Shown here: one piece after another, positions 27,776 through 37,575 of the stretch
Position numbering within the stretch: position 1 is the first letter of the stretch
How the letters are laid out: every line of letters starts with the position of its first letter
Source: Leptospiraceae bacterium
GTDB taxonomy: Bacteria; Spirochaetota; Leptospiria; Leptospirales; Leptonemataceae
Direction of reading: 5' to 3'
Length of the DNA: 64,000 nucleotides
Assembly (NCBI GenBank): GCA_040217195.1
Contig: JAVJNR010000008.1
Location: forward strand, 160,001 to 224,000
The notes under the pieces: model-generated
The model's database searches: none
Told to the model about the DNA's origin: nothing
What the model saw: the letters and a program-made list of their open reading frames with translations, nothing else
Program-made: the position numbers and the translations under genes

Positions 27776-29836
27776 TCAATAATTCTTTAGCAATTCCAGA
27801 GCTTCTTCAGCGGGTAGAGGGCGGGAGATAAGATAGCCCTGCACGTATTCACAATTTCGCTCCCTCAGGAAATTCAATTGCGCCTCGGTTTCCACTCCTT
27901 CTGCTACCACTTCCAGGTCCAGACTCTTACCCATAGCCAGAATGGCACTGACGATGGCCGCATCATCCGAGTTATGAGGAATGCTCATCACAAATTCACG
28001 ATCGATCTTCACCGAATTTACAGGAAATTTTTTTAAGTAAGTTAACGATGAAAAGCCGGTTCCAAAATCATCTACGGCGATGCGCAGGCCCATTTCATGG
28101 ATTTCCTGTAACTCTTCAATGGTCTGTTCTACATTTTCCAGGGCCACAGTTTCTGTGAATTCCATTTCCAGAGCGCCGGGAGGGAAGGTTTTATCTTCCA
28201 GTTCCTTTCGCAGAAAGGCAGCCACTGTTCTGGCTCGAAACTCCGTTGGGGAAAGATTTACGGCCACTCGGACTCTATGTCCATCATCATGCCATCGTTG
28301 AAGCTGCTGACTGGCTTCCCGAATAGTCCATTCTCCGATTTTTCCGATCAGTCCTGTGTCTTCAGCCACCGGTAAAAAGCGATCCGGTGAGATCAAACCC
28401 AGCTCCGGATGCGCCCATCGAATCAACGCTTCAAATCCACTTATTTTTCCCGATCGAAGATCTAACTGAGGCTGATAATAGAGTCTGAATTGGCCCGAAT
28501 CCAGGGCCTTGCGCATTAGAATCTCCAGTTGCATTCTTTCCCGGGAAGCCTCGCTGATTTCATGGCTGTAAACCTGAAATACAGAACCTCCTTTTTGCTT
28601 GGCCATCTGCAATGCACTGTGGGCATCTCGAATCAGGCTTTCTGGACCTTCATCTCTGAGCTCGCTGAAAATTACTCCTGCACTGAAGTCCAGGTGCAGT
28701 TCTTCTTCTTTGTAGTACAATGGACGATGCAGCGCTTCTTTGAGGCGGGACTCAACAGCAGAGATTCCGGAACGAGAGTCCACATCTTCGATTAAAACCA
28801 GGAATTCATCGGAGCCCGGCCTGGAGATTGTATCTCCCAGGTTTAAAGCGGATCTAAGTCTCTGGGCAACATCGCTTAGAATGGCATCTCCGCCTCGAAT
28901 TCCAAAGCTTTCATTCAATCGACCGAATCGGTTAATATCAAGGTAGATCAATGCAAAACCTCGACTGGCATGCTTTTCAAATCGAATATAGGATTGTTCC
29001 AGCCGGTCCGAGAAAAGTAATCGGTTGGGTAGACCGGTCAAAGTATCGATCAATCGGAAATCTGTAATATCCGTTTGAGAACCGGCCATTCTTCGTGCTT
29101 GTCCCTGTTCATCCCGGACAGCCTCTCCTCGAATTAGCATCCAGCGATACTGTCCATCCGGCTGCTGAATTCGATATTCGATTCGCAGTTGTTTGAGAGT
29201 ACCATCTCTGTGCTTTAAAATCAAATCCTTGAATGCTGGAGCATCGTCTGGATGGAGCATTTCCCCCCATTGATCGAGAGTCCGGGGAGCCTGTTCTGGA
29301 TTCAGGCCCATCATGGAAAGGAATCTGGAAGAAAAATGAAACTTATCCCGGGCAATATCCCAGTCCCAGATGCCATCATTGGCTCCTTTCATGGCCAGAG
29401 CATATCTTTCTTCACTTTCTTTTAAGGCAGCTTCGATCTTCTTTCTCTCGATGGAGTGTCGCACAGACTTTTTGAGCACCAGAGCATCCATCTCTCCTTT
29501 TACCAGAAAGTCCTGCGCTCCTTCCTTCACCGCGGCAAGTGCAACTTCTCTATCATCTACACCGGAAAGGATTACAACAGGCAAGTCTGGATTGTTCTGA
29601 TGAAATGCACGAAAGGAGTTCAGGCCTTCTCCATCGGGCAAATAAAGATCCAGAAGAACTATATCGAAAGATGCTTCAGAGAGCTTCGCATAAGCTTCTT
29701 TTAGACTGCTGGCGTGCTGAATTTCAAAATCGGATTCCTGCTCCAGGATGGCCAGGGTAAGACGTGCTGCCACAGGATTATCCTCAATGAGCAGCAATTG
29801 AATGGACGGTGATTTCATACCGGGCAGGTCTTCCAT
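27776..29836 (-). CDS. REC-PAS-GGDEF-EAL protein (probable c-di-GMP phosphodiesterase)
   Basis: LLDLYLPD receiver, DGIWDWD PAS, degenerate GSDEF, intact FEALIRW and DDFGTGFSSL. Confidence 0.92.
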   Translation of the reverse strand: MEDLPGMKSPSIQLLLIEDNPVAARLTLAILEQESDFEIQHASSLKEAYAKLSEASFDIVLLDLYLPDGEGLNSFRAFHQNNPDLPVVILSGVDDREVALAAVKEGAQDFLVKGEMDALVLKKSVRHSIERKKIEAALKESEERYALAMKGANDGIWDWDIARDKFHFSSRFLSMMGLNPEQAPRTLDQWGEMLHPDDAPAFKDLILKHRDGTLKQLRIEYRIQQPDGQYRWMLIRGEAVRDEQGQARRMAGSQTDITDFRLIDTLTGLPNRLLFSDRLEQSYIRFEKHASRGFALIYLDINRFGRLNESFGIRGGDAILSDVAQRLRSALNLGDTISRPGSDEFLVLIEDVDSRSGISAVESRLKEALHRPLYYKEEELHLDFSAGVIFSELRDEGPESLIRDAHSALQMAKQKGGSVFQVYSHEISEASRERMQLEILMRKALDSGQFRLYYQPQLDLRSGKISGFEALIRWAHPELGLISPDRFLPVAEDTGLIGKIGEWTIREASQQLQRWHDDGHRVRVAVNLSPTEFRARTVAAFLRKELEDKTFPPGALEMEFTETVALENVEQTIEELQEIHEMGLRIAVDDFGTGFSSLTYLKKFPVNSVKIDREFVMSIPHNSDDAAIVSAILAMGKSLDLEVVAEGVETEAQLNFLRERNCEYVQGYLISRPLPAEEALELLKNY

Positions 29837-29884
29837 AATTCTTCGAAGTGGAATCCGGTAAATAGCTTTACTATATAAAAAGGC

Positions 29885-29918
29885 AAAATTCGATCCGGTA
29901 CTGAAATACCGGATCGAA
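29885..29918 (-). terminator. Probable rho-independent terminator
   Basis: Perfect 12-bp stem ttcgatccggta/taccggatcgaa followed by T4 on the minus strand, 25 nt after the HEAT gene stop. Confidence 0.65.
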
Positions 29919-29942
29919 ACAATGAATTAAGGGTAGGAATGA

Positions 29943-31520
29943 CTATTTGCGCACTTCATCGTACCAGTAGAGCCACTGATTCCGAGTATAGTACTCCTGG
30001 CCGGTTTTTTCCTTTAGCAGGGTATAGATCATTGAGGCAGAAGTGCTTGTAGTATCTGTCTGCCTTAGAGTTTCTATAAGAATATCTACAACCTCGGGTT
30101 CATCTCTGTACCTGAGTGCTCGAATGGCAGCCTGCTTCTGTTTTTCATCGTTTGAGTCCGCAAGCTCTTTCAGGCGATCCAGGGCATCTGTTCCTGGAAT
30201 CTGTCCAATGGCATCGATGGCCATAAACCGAGAGGCCGAATCCCTTTGAGCAACAGTTGTCAGAAAGGATAGGGTGGATGGATCCCGCATCATTCCAATG
30301 GCTTCTACCGAAATCATGGCCAGGCGTTCATCAGAGGAACGAGCGGCCTGCATCAGATCGGGGAGAGCTTCTTTTGCTTCCAGGATTCCCAGTGCCCAGG
30401 CTGCGCCGTATCTACCTTCGCCTTCATCTTCTTTTAGGACTTCCAGAAGAACAGGTACGGATTCCTTGTTCCCCAGCCATCCAAGGGACCGGGCAATGGT
30501 TTCTCTGTCCGGTAACTCGGTGTTTTTAAGTGCCGTTTCAATAGGAGCTCTTGCCTGCGCCACCTTTCTGCGTCCCAGAGCATAGGCTGCCGGCCCAACA
30601 GCGATGGGCGTTTCCCCGTTTAATAGTTGCATGAGGCGGGGATTCAAGGAAGGATCCGGTATTGTGGCTATGATTTCTGCAGCAGCGTATCTTGTATCCC
30701 GACGCTCATTGCTGATCAGCGGAAAAGAAAGGGATGGAGCCCGGCTATCTTTGATTTCCAGGCTGGCCTGAAGCGCATTTTCTCTACCTTTTACAAATTC
30801 GCGATCCAGAGCTGCGATAAGTTCCGGGGTGGCCGGATGATAATCCACTCTACCCAGGGCCAGGTAGGCGGCCGCCAGGTTCGGTCCTGCTTCCAGCTTT
30901 TTAGCCAGCCCAAGCAAATAGGCTCCTGCAGGTGCATAGCCAATCTTTCCCAGAGCCATGATGTATGCTCTTTGCACGTCTGGATCCGGTGACTGCAGAG
31001 CCTGAACCTGCGAAAGAATCAACGGACCGGCGGATCTGGCTTTCATTACTTCCAGCGCTCTTACGGCCTGCAATCGCACGGAATGATTATCGTGTTGAAG
31101 AAACTGCACTACTGTAGGGGCTGTGGATACAACTCCCAGCCTGGTCAGAGCATCCAGTAGAAAGGTTGGATTCTCTCCATTGGGATCCCGTAGCCTGGCG
31201 GCAATAAGAGGTGCAGCTCTGGTCTCGCCAAAATCGGCCAGAGCCAGCGCTGCGGTCTGCCTTACTGCTGGGTGCTCATCCTTATCGAACAATTGATAGA
31301 GGGTTGGAATTACCTCTCGATAGTTTCCATCAATGGCTGCAAGTATTGCGGTGGATCGATCGGACCATACATCGGATTGAAGTGCCTTTTGCACTTCCTC
31401 CAGGCTCTTTGCCTCGGTGTAAGGTGTTTCGCTTTCCGGCATCTGGTCCGGTTTCTCGGGACCGCAATTAAATAGCCATCCTAGCATAAAGAAGATGAGG
31501 AAAATCCTGAGGATTCGCAT
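29943..31520 (-). CDS. HEAT-repeat lipoprotein
   Basis: Lipobox-like WLFNC; repeated VRxxAAxALG units. Confidence 0.85.
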   Translation of the reverse strand: MRILRIFLIFFMLGWLFNCGPEKPDQMPESETPYTEAKSLEEVQKALQSDVWSDRSTAILAAIDGNYREVIPTLYQLFDKDEHPAVRQTAALALADFGETRAAPLIAARLRDPNGENPTFLLDALTRLGVVSTAPTVVQFLQHDNHSVRLQAVRALEVMKARSAGPLILSQVQALQSPDPDVQRAYIMALGKIGYAPAGAYLLGLAKKLEAGPNLAAAYLALGRVDYHPATPELIAALDREFVKGRENALQASLEIKDSRAPSLSFPLISNERRDTRYAAAEIIATIPDPSLNPRLMQLLNGETPIAVGPAAYALGRRKVAQARAPIETALKNTELPDRETIARSLGWLGNKESVPVLLEVLKEDEGEGRYGAAWALGILEAKEALPDLMQAARSSDERLAMISVEAIGMMRDPSTLSFLTTVAQRDSASRFMAIDAIGQIPGTDALDRLKELADSNDEKQKQAAIRALRYRDEPEVVDILIETLRQTDTTSTSASMIYTLLKEKTGQEYYTRNQWLYWYDEVRK

Positions 31521-31529
31521 ATGGTTCGC

Positions 31530-32198
31530 TTATTCCTCCGGAATCTGCTTCATTACCTCTTGATATTGTTCCAGTTCCTTTTTCCATCCAGCTATTTCTT
31601 CGGTGGCCAGATCTTTCTGTTGCTTATCCGGCTCTCCGTTGTTGATGAAATACTCAATAAGCTGGATTCTGGATTCCAGTTCATGGATTCTATATTCAAA
31701 GTACTTTCTTTGCTCCTCCGGCTTAACGGGACTATCCGAAGGTGCATCCGGTCCATCCTGTCCTGGCTCAGCGGAACGAGCTTGCGCTTTACTTGTAGCG
31801 AGTCTGGACTCAACGGAAGCCACCAGATCCAGGGTTTCTCTTCTTTCCTTTTCCTGGGATTCGGACATTGGAGCCTGGAATCGGCTGGGTATGTAAAGAT
31901 TTGTTGGATGCTTGTCTGCGAACTCTTTCCACTGACGGGCCACTTCTTCCCGATCCGGTCGTGGCAGGTAAAGATCTGGCCAGAGACGGCGGATTTCTTC
32001 TGCGGATATATCCGGTGCTGGCGCATCTGGCCATTCCACTCCGGAAGGATCTCTGTCAAAGGACTCCCGAGGTGGTGTACCTCCTGGACCTTCCACAATA
32101 TCGTCTCTTCCATCTCCGGGTGAGGAGAGTAGCCAGATTATGGCAACCAGAAGGACGGCAACAACGGCAACAATGATGTAAATTCTTGATTTGGGCAT
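31530..32198 (-). CDS. Hypothetical membrane-anchored protein
   Basis: Single N-terminal TM, Pro/Asp linker, helical C-terminus; GAGG RBS. Confidence 0.7.
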   Translation of the reverse strand: MPKSRIYIIVAVVAVLLVAIIWLLSSPGDGRDDIVEGPGGTPPRESFDRDPSGVEWPDAPAPDISAEEIRRLWPDLYLPRPDREEVARQWKEFADKHPTNLYIPSRFQAPMSESQEKERRETLDLVASVESRLATSKAQARSAEPGQDGPDAPSDSPVKPEEQRKYFEYRIHELESRIQLIEYFINNGEPDKQQKDLATEEIAGWKKELEQYQEVMKQIPEE

Positions 32199-32253
32199 AG
32201 GTATCCTCTAATCCTACATTCATAGGTCATAGATTTGACAATTAGTCAAAGAT

Positions 32254-32285
32254 AAAAAAAGCCCGGCCACCAGAGGAAGCCGGGC
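32254..32285 (-). terminator. Rho-independent terminator after the SGNH gene
   Basis: Stem gcccggc/gccgggc followed by a T7 tract on the minus strand. Confidence 0.7.
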
Positions 32286-32307
32286 CCCGATAAGGGTAGG
32301 ACCATTA

Positions 32308-33570
32308 TCAGATAAAGATATTGATGATCCAGGAAATAGCCTGTCCTACGATGCTGTCGCTTAACCAGCGCTTCAGATCCACAGGGTTTCTATTCAGGGA
32401 GTCGTAATACCAGGCTGCATATTCGCTGGCCTGAGGGATGTTTACGCTGTACTGACGGTTAATGTCTTTGATCAACTCATTGGCCAGTACTGTATGTCCG
32501 TAGCGGTTCGGGTGAACTCCATCCAGACCAAATACACCGGGTTTTCCGGGCAGAGGCCAGTTGGCTCCCGCATTTCCAGGGCTCCAGCCACTGGAGTGAC
32601 GAATTGGTCGGCCGTTTTCTTTGATGTCGGAAAACAATGCTTCTGCATCAGTCAGAGCATAGTTTCGAGCTGCAGCCTGTCGACGTAGTTCATTGTTCAG
32701 CATGGTCAGGAAGTTGGTAATTGTTGCAACTTCGCCTGCATCCAGAACATGATTTGGGCTGGAAACGCCACTTCGATAGAAGGCTTTCAGGCCCGAGTAG
32801 TTGGCACGACCTTGAGGATCGTTATACCTTTCCAGGTAGTAAATTGATGTTACATTAGGAACGGTAAAGATACTTCCACCTTTGATAGTTCCAATACGAT
32901 CCAGACGACGCATTACTTCTGCAACGTCTCTTTTGAATCGCGCTTCATCCAGACAATCCAGAGTGGTGCTCAGAGCTGTACAGAGTACATGGTTTGCGCC
33001 CACAGAAGCGAAAACGAAGCTTGGCTTCACTTTTTCCATTACCTGGATTTGTGTGCCTGCATCGCGCAGTCCGAATCTATGGAATTTGTCTGGCTTCTGG
33101 CAGTCCTGTACCTCAACCCAGCGATAAGTGTACCAGTACCATTTTTTCCAGTACCAGTCTTTTACCCATTTCTTGGCATAAATATCTTCGCAATTGCCGC
33201 TGGTTCGCAGCGCCGAAGTATATTCGCCACCGGTGATACCGGCATGGGTAGGCAGGCTGTAGGTCTTTTCATTGCCACCAAGAACAGACGAGGCCAGGCA
33301 GAATACTCCGCAATCGCCTTTCAATACGTCTTCAAGATTAGCATAAGGACCTTTCAGTTCATTATAGTATACATTGGATCCGGCTTGTTTGGATACAACG
33401 ACAGGATAGGCCCAGTTCTGTGTCTTTTTTTCAACCGTTACGCCGTAAAAACCCTGAGACAGGGAATCACCCATAACTGCCGGTCGCTTGAACAACTCGG
33501 ACACAGACTGAGCGGAAATTGAAGTGGCACATAGCATTAATGCTGCCACAATCCATCGACCCAGTTTCAT
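32308..33570 (-). CDS. Secreted SGNH/GDSL hydrolase
   Basis: Signal peptide, GDSLS, GAN, DGVHP; GGAGGAG RBS at 33576-33582. Confidence 0.8.
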   Translation of the reverse strand: MKLGRWIVAALMLCATSISAQSVSELFKRPAVMGDSLSQGFYGVTVEKKTQNWAYPVVVSKQAGSNVYYNELKGPYANLEDVLKGDCGVFCLASSVLGGNEKTYSLPTHAGITGGEYTSALRTSGNCEDIYAKKWVKDWYWKKWYWYTYRWVEVQDCQKPDKFHRFGLRDAGTQIQVMEKVKPSFVFASVGANHVLCTALSTTLDCLDEARFKRDVAEVMRRLDRIGTIKGGSIFTVPNVTSIYYLERYNDPQGRANYSGLKAFYRSGVSSPNHVLDAGEVATITNFLTMLNNELRRQAAARNYALTDAEALFSDIKENGRPIRHSSGWSPGNAGANWPLPGKPGVFGLDGVHPNRYGHTVLANELIKDINRQYSVNIPQASEYAAWYYDSLNRNPVDLKRWLSDSIVGQAISWIINIFI

Positions 33571-33586
33571 ATACACTCCTCCGTAA

Positions 33587-34073
33587 AGTTACGTTGCGGC
33601 GGCCACATCCTGTGGCCGTCCTCACGTGGTTCTATTTTGCGGGCCTTCGGCCCTTGCGAACTTCCTGTTCGCTGCAAAACGCATTGCGTTTTGACTTCGT
33701 TCCCAGCCCATTGGCTGGCAAAACTTCTATCTAGTTACGCTCGGTCGGATACCTCGTGTATCCTCCTCCCGTCGCTCTGCCCTGGCCCTCTGGGCCAGCA
33801 AAACATCCTGTTTTGGCAGAATGCTTCGCAATCTGCAGTTACGCTCGGTCGGATACCTCGTGTATCCTACTCCCGTCGCTCTGCCCTGGCCCTCTGGGCC
33901 AGCAAAACATCCTGTTTTGGCAGAATGCTTCGCAATCTGCAGTTACGTTGCGGCGGTCACTTTCGGTGGCCGTCCTCACGTGTTTTGGCAGAATGCTTCG
34001 CAATCTGCAGTTACGTTGCGGCGGTCACTTTCGGTGGCCGTCCTCACGTGGTTCTGCGGGCACTATGGCCCAG
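33587..34073. repeat. Array of five hairpin-rich repeat units, each starting AGTTACG
   Basis: Unit starts at 33587, 33733, 33837, 33941 and 34009; units 2 and 3 are 104-bp near-perfect tandem copies; units 4 and 5 share their first 42 bp and match unit 1. Confidence 0.92.
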
Positions 34074-34292
34074 ATTATAGCCGGCATCAGCTCAGCTTTC
34101 GGCAGGCAATTCCCCGAATCTTGCCCGCCGGAGAAGATTTTAGGTCTTCCCGGTAAGTATGCCGAAAGGGCATACTGCCAATCCTTTCTATATCTATTGG
34201 TATAGAAAGTGTGACACGGTGTCATGTTAAGGGTATAGGTTAGCGTGGCGCAAGAAAAAAATTACATCGTGTCAACTTTTGGCCCGGAAAAA

Positions 34293-36497
34293 TTAATCTT
34301 CTGCCAGGTACTTAAGCAATGAGCGGAAATCGCGCACACCATTTAGTCTGAAATGTGCATGGGTGTACCCGGCTCCAATCTTAATGGACCATCCTCTAGG
34401 AGGTAAGGCCTGAAACAGATGTTCATCGGTGGCATCGTCTCCAGCAGCCATCATGAAATCGTAGCTGCGGCCACTGGTTTCCAGGTGAGGGATGATGTTA
34501 CCTTTGTGAATGCCCTGAACTCTAACTTCAATAACGGCTTTTCCATCCAGCACATCGAGAGGAGCACCGGAGAGCATATTCTTCAAGTGCATTACCAGTT
34601 CTCTGGCCTGCCATTTACCAAAGGTCGGATCGCTCAGTCTGTAGTGCCAGGCCAGGGCCGCTTCTTTCTTTTCCGTGAAGCTGCCCGGTGTTTTTAAATT
34701 GAACTGCTCGAATATATCCTCTACCGTTCCCAGCCATTCCAGGTCATGGCTTTCTGGAAGCTGCTTCTGCCATTGTTCGTTTACCATCCGAATCCAGAGC
34801 CCATGTTCTGCAGATATGATTACCGGGAATCGGCCCATCCAGTCTTCAATCTCCTGGCGTTTTCGACCAGTAACTATGGCCACGTCTGTGTTGGGCAGGG
34901 CTGTAATTCGCTCCATAATTTCCCGTAATTCCTGATCCGGTGCTGCGGCCAGAGGAAGGTTCTGAAGCTCAGCCAGGGTTCCATCGTAGTCCAGTAGCAG
35001 AAGTCGCTTGCTGGCTTCTTGCATTTCCTGTTTCAGTTCATTACGCTTCTGAACATTGAGAGGCATCACCGGACCGTGCCGATCCGCATATTCCTGAGTG
35101 CTCCGAGTCAAATCTTCCAGAAAGGATTTAGACCAGTAGTGAACATTGTTCCTTTTGACTCTCTCATACATGGCAGTCATACGTCGGGTGCATTCATCCT
35201 GACCCAGCTCCAGAGCCGTTTCCAGAGCATCGGAAATCTGGTCCCGATTCCAGGGATTAATGATAATTGCTTCTCCGAGTTCGGATGCGGCTCCTGCAAG
35301 CTCACTTAGAATGAGGACACCATGATCTTTCTTAACTGCAACATATTCCTTGGCCACCAGGTTCATGCCATCGAAGTATGGAGTTACCAGAGCTACATCC
35401 GCTTCCCGGTAAAACGCGGCCAGCCTGCGAAATGGCAATGAGCGATACATGAACTGGATGGGAGAATCGGGAAGGGCTTCATGGGCTTCAATGATATCCA
35501 TGACTATCACCTCCACCTTATCCTTCAGATGACGATAGTCAGGGATCTTGGTTCTGGAAGGAACCGCTACCTGAACCAAAACCACTTCTGCAGCCTTTTC
35601 TGGATTTCTTTCCAGGAACTTCTTGTAAGCACTCAGTCTTTCGGGAATACCTTTGGTGTAATCCAGCCGGTCCACGCTCAGGATCATTTTCCGACCCTTT
35701 TTGATCTGCCTTACAATTCGTAGATCCTCTTCGAAATCAGGCTCCTCCATGGCAGCGGCAATTCGACTGGGATCAACGGAAATAGGGTAGGCTCCGATCT
35801 GTACACTATGATCTTCCATATCGATTCGGTTGATTTCAGAATCGATGCCCAGAAGATGGAGTAGACTGCTGCGAAAGTGTCGCAACCCACTGTGAGTTTG
35901 AAAGCCAATGAGGTTGGACCCAAGTAAGCCTCTAAGCAATTCCTCTCTATAGGGTAAGGCTCGAAACATTTCTGACGATGGGAATGGAGTGTGCAAAAAG
36001 AAGCCGATTCTAGCTTCCGGTATCTTTTCTCTTACCATGGAAGGCACCAGCATCAACTGATAATCGTGAATCCATACAATGTCTTCGGTATTTCCTTCCT
36101 GAAGTTCAGCAACAATACGATCTGCAAAGACCCGGTTTACCTCTCTATAAACGCGAAAGTCTTTTTCATCATAATCAATATGAGTGGGCAAATAGTGAAG
36201 CACAGGCCAGAGCACTCGATTGGAAAATCCAAAGTAGAATCGATTTAACTGACGCCTGGTCAGAAAAACGGCGGATGCATTGTATTCTTTTTTGAGTTCA
36301 GCGGAAATGCTTTCTGGCTGAATCATAGATAGATCTACTTCGCCAGGCCAGCCAATCCACATCAACTCATAAGAATCATTCAATGCGCTCAATGCGCTGG
36401 CCAGCCCTCCGGGGCTGGGTTGAAAATGGAAAGATCTTTCTGTTACTTGAATTGCGACCGGGAGACGATTGGCTACTACGAGTATTCTTTGCTTCAT
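34293..36497 (-). CDS. otsAB: Bifunctional trehalose-6-phosphate synthase/phosphatase
   Basis: VANRLP, WIHDYQL, FFLHTPFP, VDRLDYTKG, DGMNLVAKEY, then HAD domain DYDGTL and GDDATDE. Confidence 0.95.
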   Translation of the reverse strand: MKQRILVVANRLPVAIQVTERSFHFQPSPGGLASALSALNDSYELMWIGWPGEVDLSMIQPESISAELKKEYNASAVFLTRRQLNRFYFGFSNRVLWPVLHYLPTHIDYDEKDFRVYREVNRVFADRIVAELQEGNTEDIVWIHDYQLMLVPSMVREKIPEARIGFFLHTPFPSSEMFRALPYREELLRGLLGSNLIGFQTHSGLRHFRSSLLHLLGIDSEINRIDMEDHSVQIGAYPISVDPSRIAAAMEEPDFEEDLRIVRQIKKGRKMILSVDRLDYTKGIPERLSAYKKFLERNPEKAAEVVLVQVAVPSRTKIPDYRHLKDKVEVIVMDIIEAHEALPDSPIQFMYRSLPFRRLAAFYREADVALVTPYFDGMNLVAKEYVAVKKDHGVLILSELAGAASELGEAIIINPWNRDQISDALETALELGQDECTRRMTAMYERVKRNNVHYWSKSFLEDLTRSTQEYADRHGPVMPLNVQKRNELKQEMQEASKRLLLLDYDGTLAELQNLPLAAAPDQELREIMERITALPNTDVAIVTGRKRQEIEDWMGRFPVIISAEHGLWIRMVNEQWQKQLPESHDLEWLGTVEDIFEQFNLKTPGSFTEKKEAALAWHYRLSDPTFGKWQARELVMHLKNMLSGAPLDVLDGKAVIEVRVQGIHKGNIIPHLETSGRSYDFMMAAGDDATDEHLFQALPPRGWSIKIGAGYTHAHFRLNGVRDFRSLLKYLAED

Positions 36498-36533
36498 GTG
36501 TCTGATATATTGAACTACCAGAACTGCACTCTG

Positions 36534-37529
36534 TCAATCGCCTTTCGGGTATTCGCTTTGCGGTAAATCCTCATAATATAGATCATCGAACCTTTTGTAC
36601 ATTACCTCTCTGCCATACCGGGCGATGAAGTTTGCCCTGGCAATAGCTGCATTATCCTTATGATCTCTGTATTGCTCTGCAAAATGGAGTTTGCCAGTGG
36701 TCCAGTCATACACAAAGAAAATGTCATTGGTCTGCTCTGGCTGAAGTACCGCTTTATACGCTTCGTCTGAGAATTGAGCCACAGGCCCGGGAGGTAAACC
36801 ACCTCTTTTATACACATTGTAGTCCGATTGTAATTCCAGATCCTTAAATAGTAGAAAGGGTCTGTGATAGCCCAGTCCATACTCTACTGTGGGACAACTT
36901 CCCAGTACCTGATTTTTTTCCAGGCGATTCAGAAAAACGGAGGCCACCTTCCTGTAATCTGAATTGCTCACTGCTTCCTTTTCTACGATGCTTGCAAGTA
37001 TCATCCGTTCTGTGCGACTTAGATTATTAGCTCTTGAATCAGTGGATGGAAAATCTTTCTCGAGAGACACCAGGCGTTTCGCACTGGCCTGGACCATATA
37101 ATGCAGCAATACTCTTGCCTGGGCCACCGGATCTGATTCTTTCTGGATGGAATGCTTTCCTGGAATAAAGTGCCCCTCAAAACGCAGTAGATTTACAATG
37201 TCTCTCTTCCTTGCTGGCAGATCCGAAATCTGAATAGCCGGGTTCAGGTCCGGATGGTCCGAAAATTCCCTGGCAGCCTGTTCAAAATCGGCACAATCTG
37301 GTCTTTGAGAGGCCTTCCATCGCTCACAGAATTGTAGCAGGCTTTCGTCCAACTTCACTTCGAATTCCAGCTGAGGCCCGGAAGTCTCCTCAACGGTGCA
37401 GCCAGCAAGGGAGGCGGCCCAGATCCAGCTGCAAAGTAGACTCGAATATGCAATTCGCCGAACCGGGAATCCTTTGTTTAGATTGAAGCGAACTTGCCAG
37501 GAAAATGCAGAGCGTTGCGCAGGAAACAT
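36534..37529 (-). CDS. mltG: Endolytic transglycosylase MltG/YceG-like lipoprotein (start uncertain)
   Basis: ILASIVEKEA, VASVFLNRL, YNVYKRGGLPPGP. Confidence 0.75.
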   Translation of the reverse strand: MFPAQRSAFSWQVRFNLNKGFPVRRIAYSSLLCSWIWAASLAGCTVEETSGPQLEFEVKLDESLLQFCERWKASQRPDCADFEQAAREFSDHPDLNPAIQISDLPARKRDIVNLLRFEGHFIPGKHSIQKESDPVAQARVLLHYMVQASAKRLVSLEKDFPSTDSRANNLSRTERMILASIVEKEAVSNSDYRKVASVFLNRLEKNQVLGSCPTVEYGLGYHRPFLLFKDLELQSDYNVYKRGGLPPGPVAQFSDEAYKAVLQPEQTNDIFFVYDWTTGKLHFAEQYRDHKDNAAIARANFIARYGREVMYKRFDDLYYEDLPQSEYPKGD

Positions 37530-37575
37530 GGGTCATTCACGCTGGACTGTGGCTGGTAAACAATCATTTAAGGAT

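Noticed and set aside
32234..32250. Leptospiral LexA box or FNR box
   Set aside because: Spacing (TTTG-N9-CAAA; TTGAC-N5-GTCAA) fits neither TTTG-N5-CAAA nor TTGAT-N4-ATCAA.
33587..34073. CRISPR array or integron attC cluster
   Set aside because: No constant repeat with unique spacers and no cas genes; GTTACG lacks a complementary RYYYAAC box and there are no cassette ORFs between units.
34081..34180. c-di-GMP-I riboswitch
   Set aside because: Hairpins are present, but the GCAAA/GYAAA and P1-P2 consensus arrangement could not be matched on either strand.
33637..34225. ORFs 33637-34080, 33756-34205, 33821-34156 and 34025-34225
   Set aside because: They are translations of the repeat array in several frames, with no RBS or protein-like composition.
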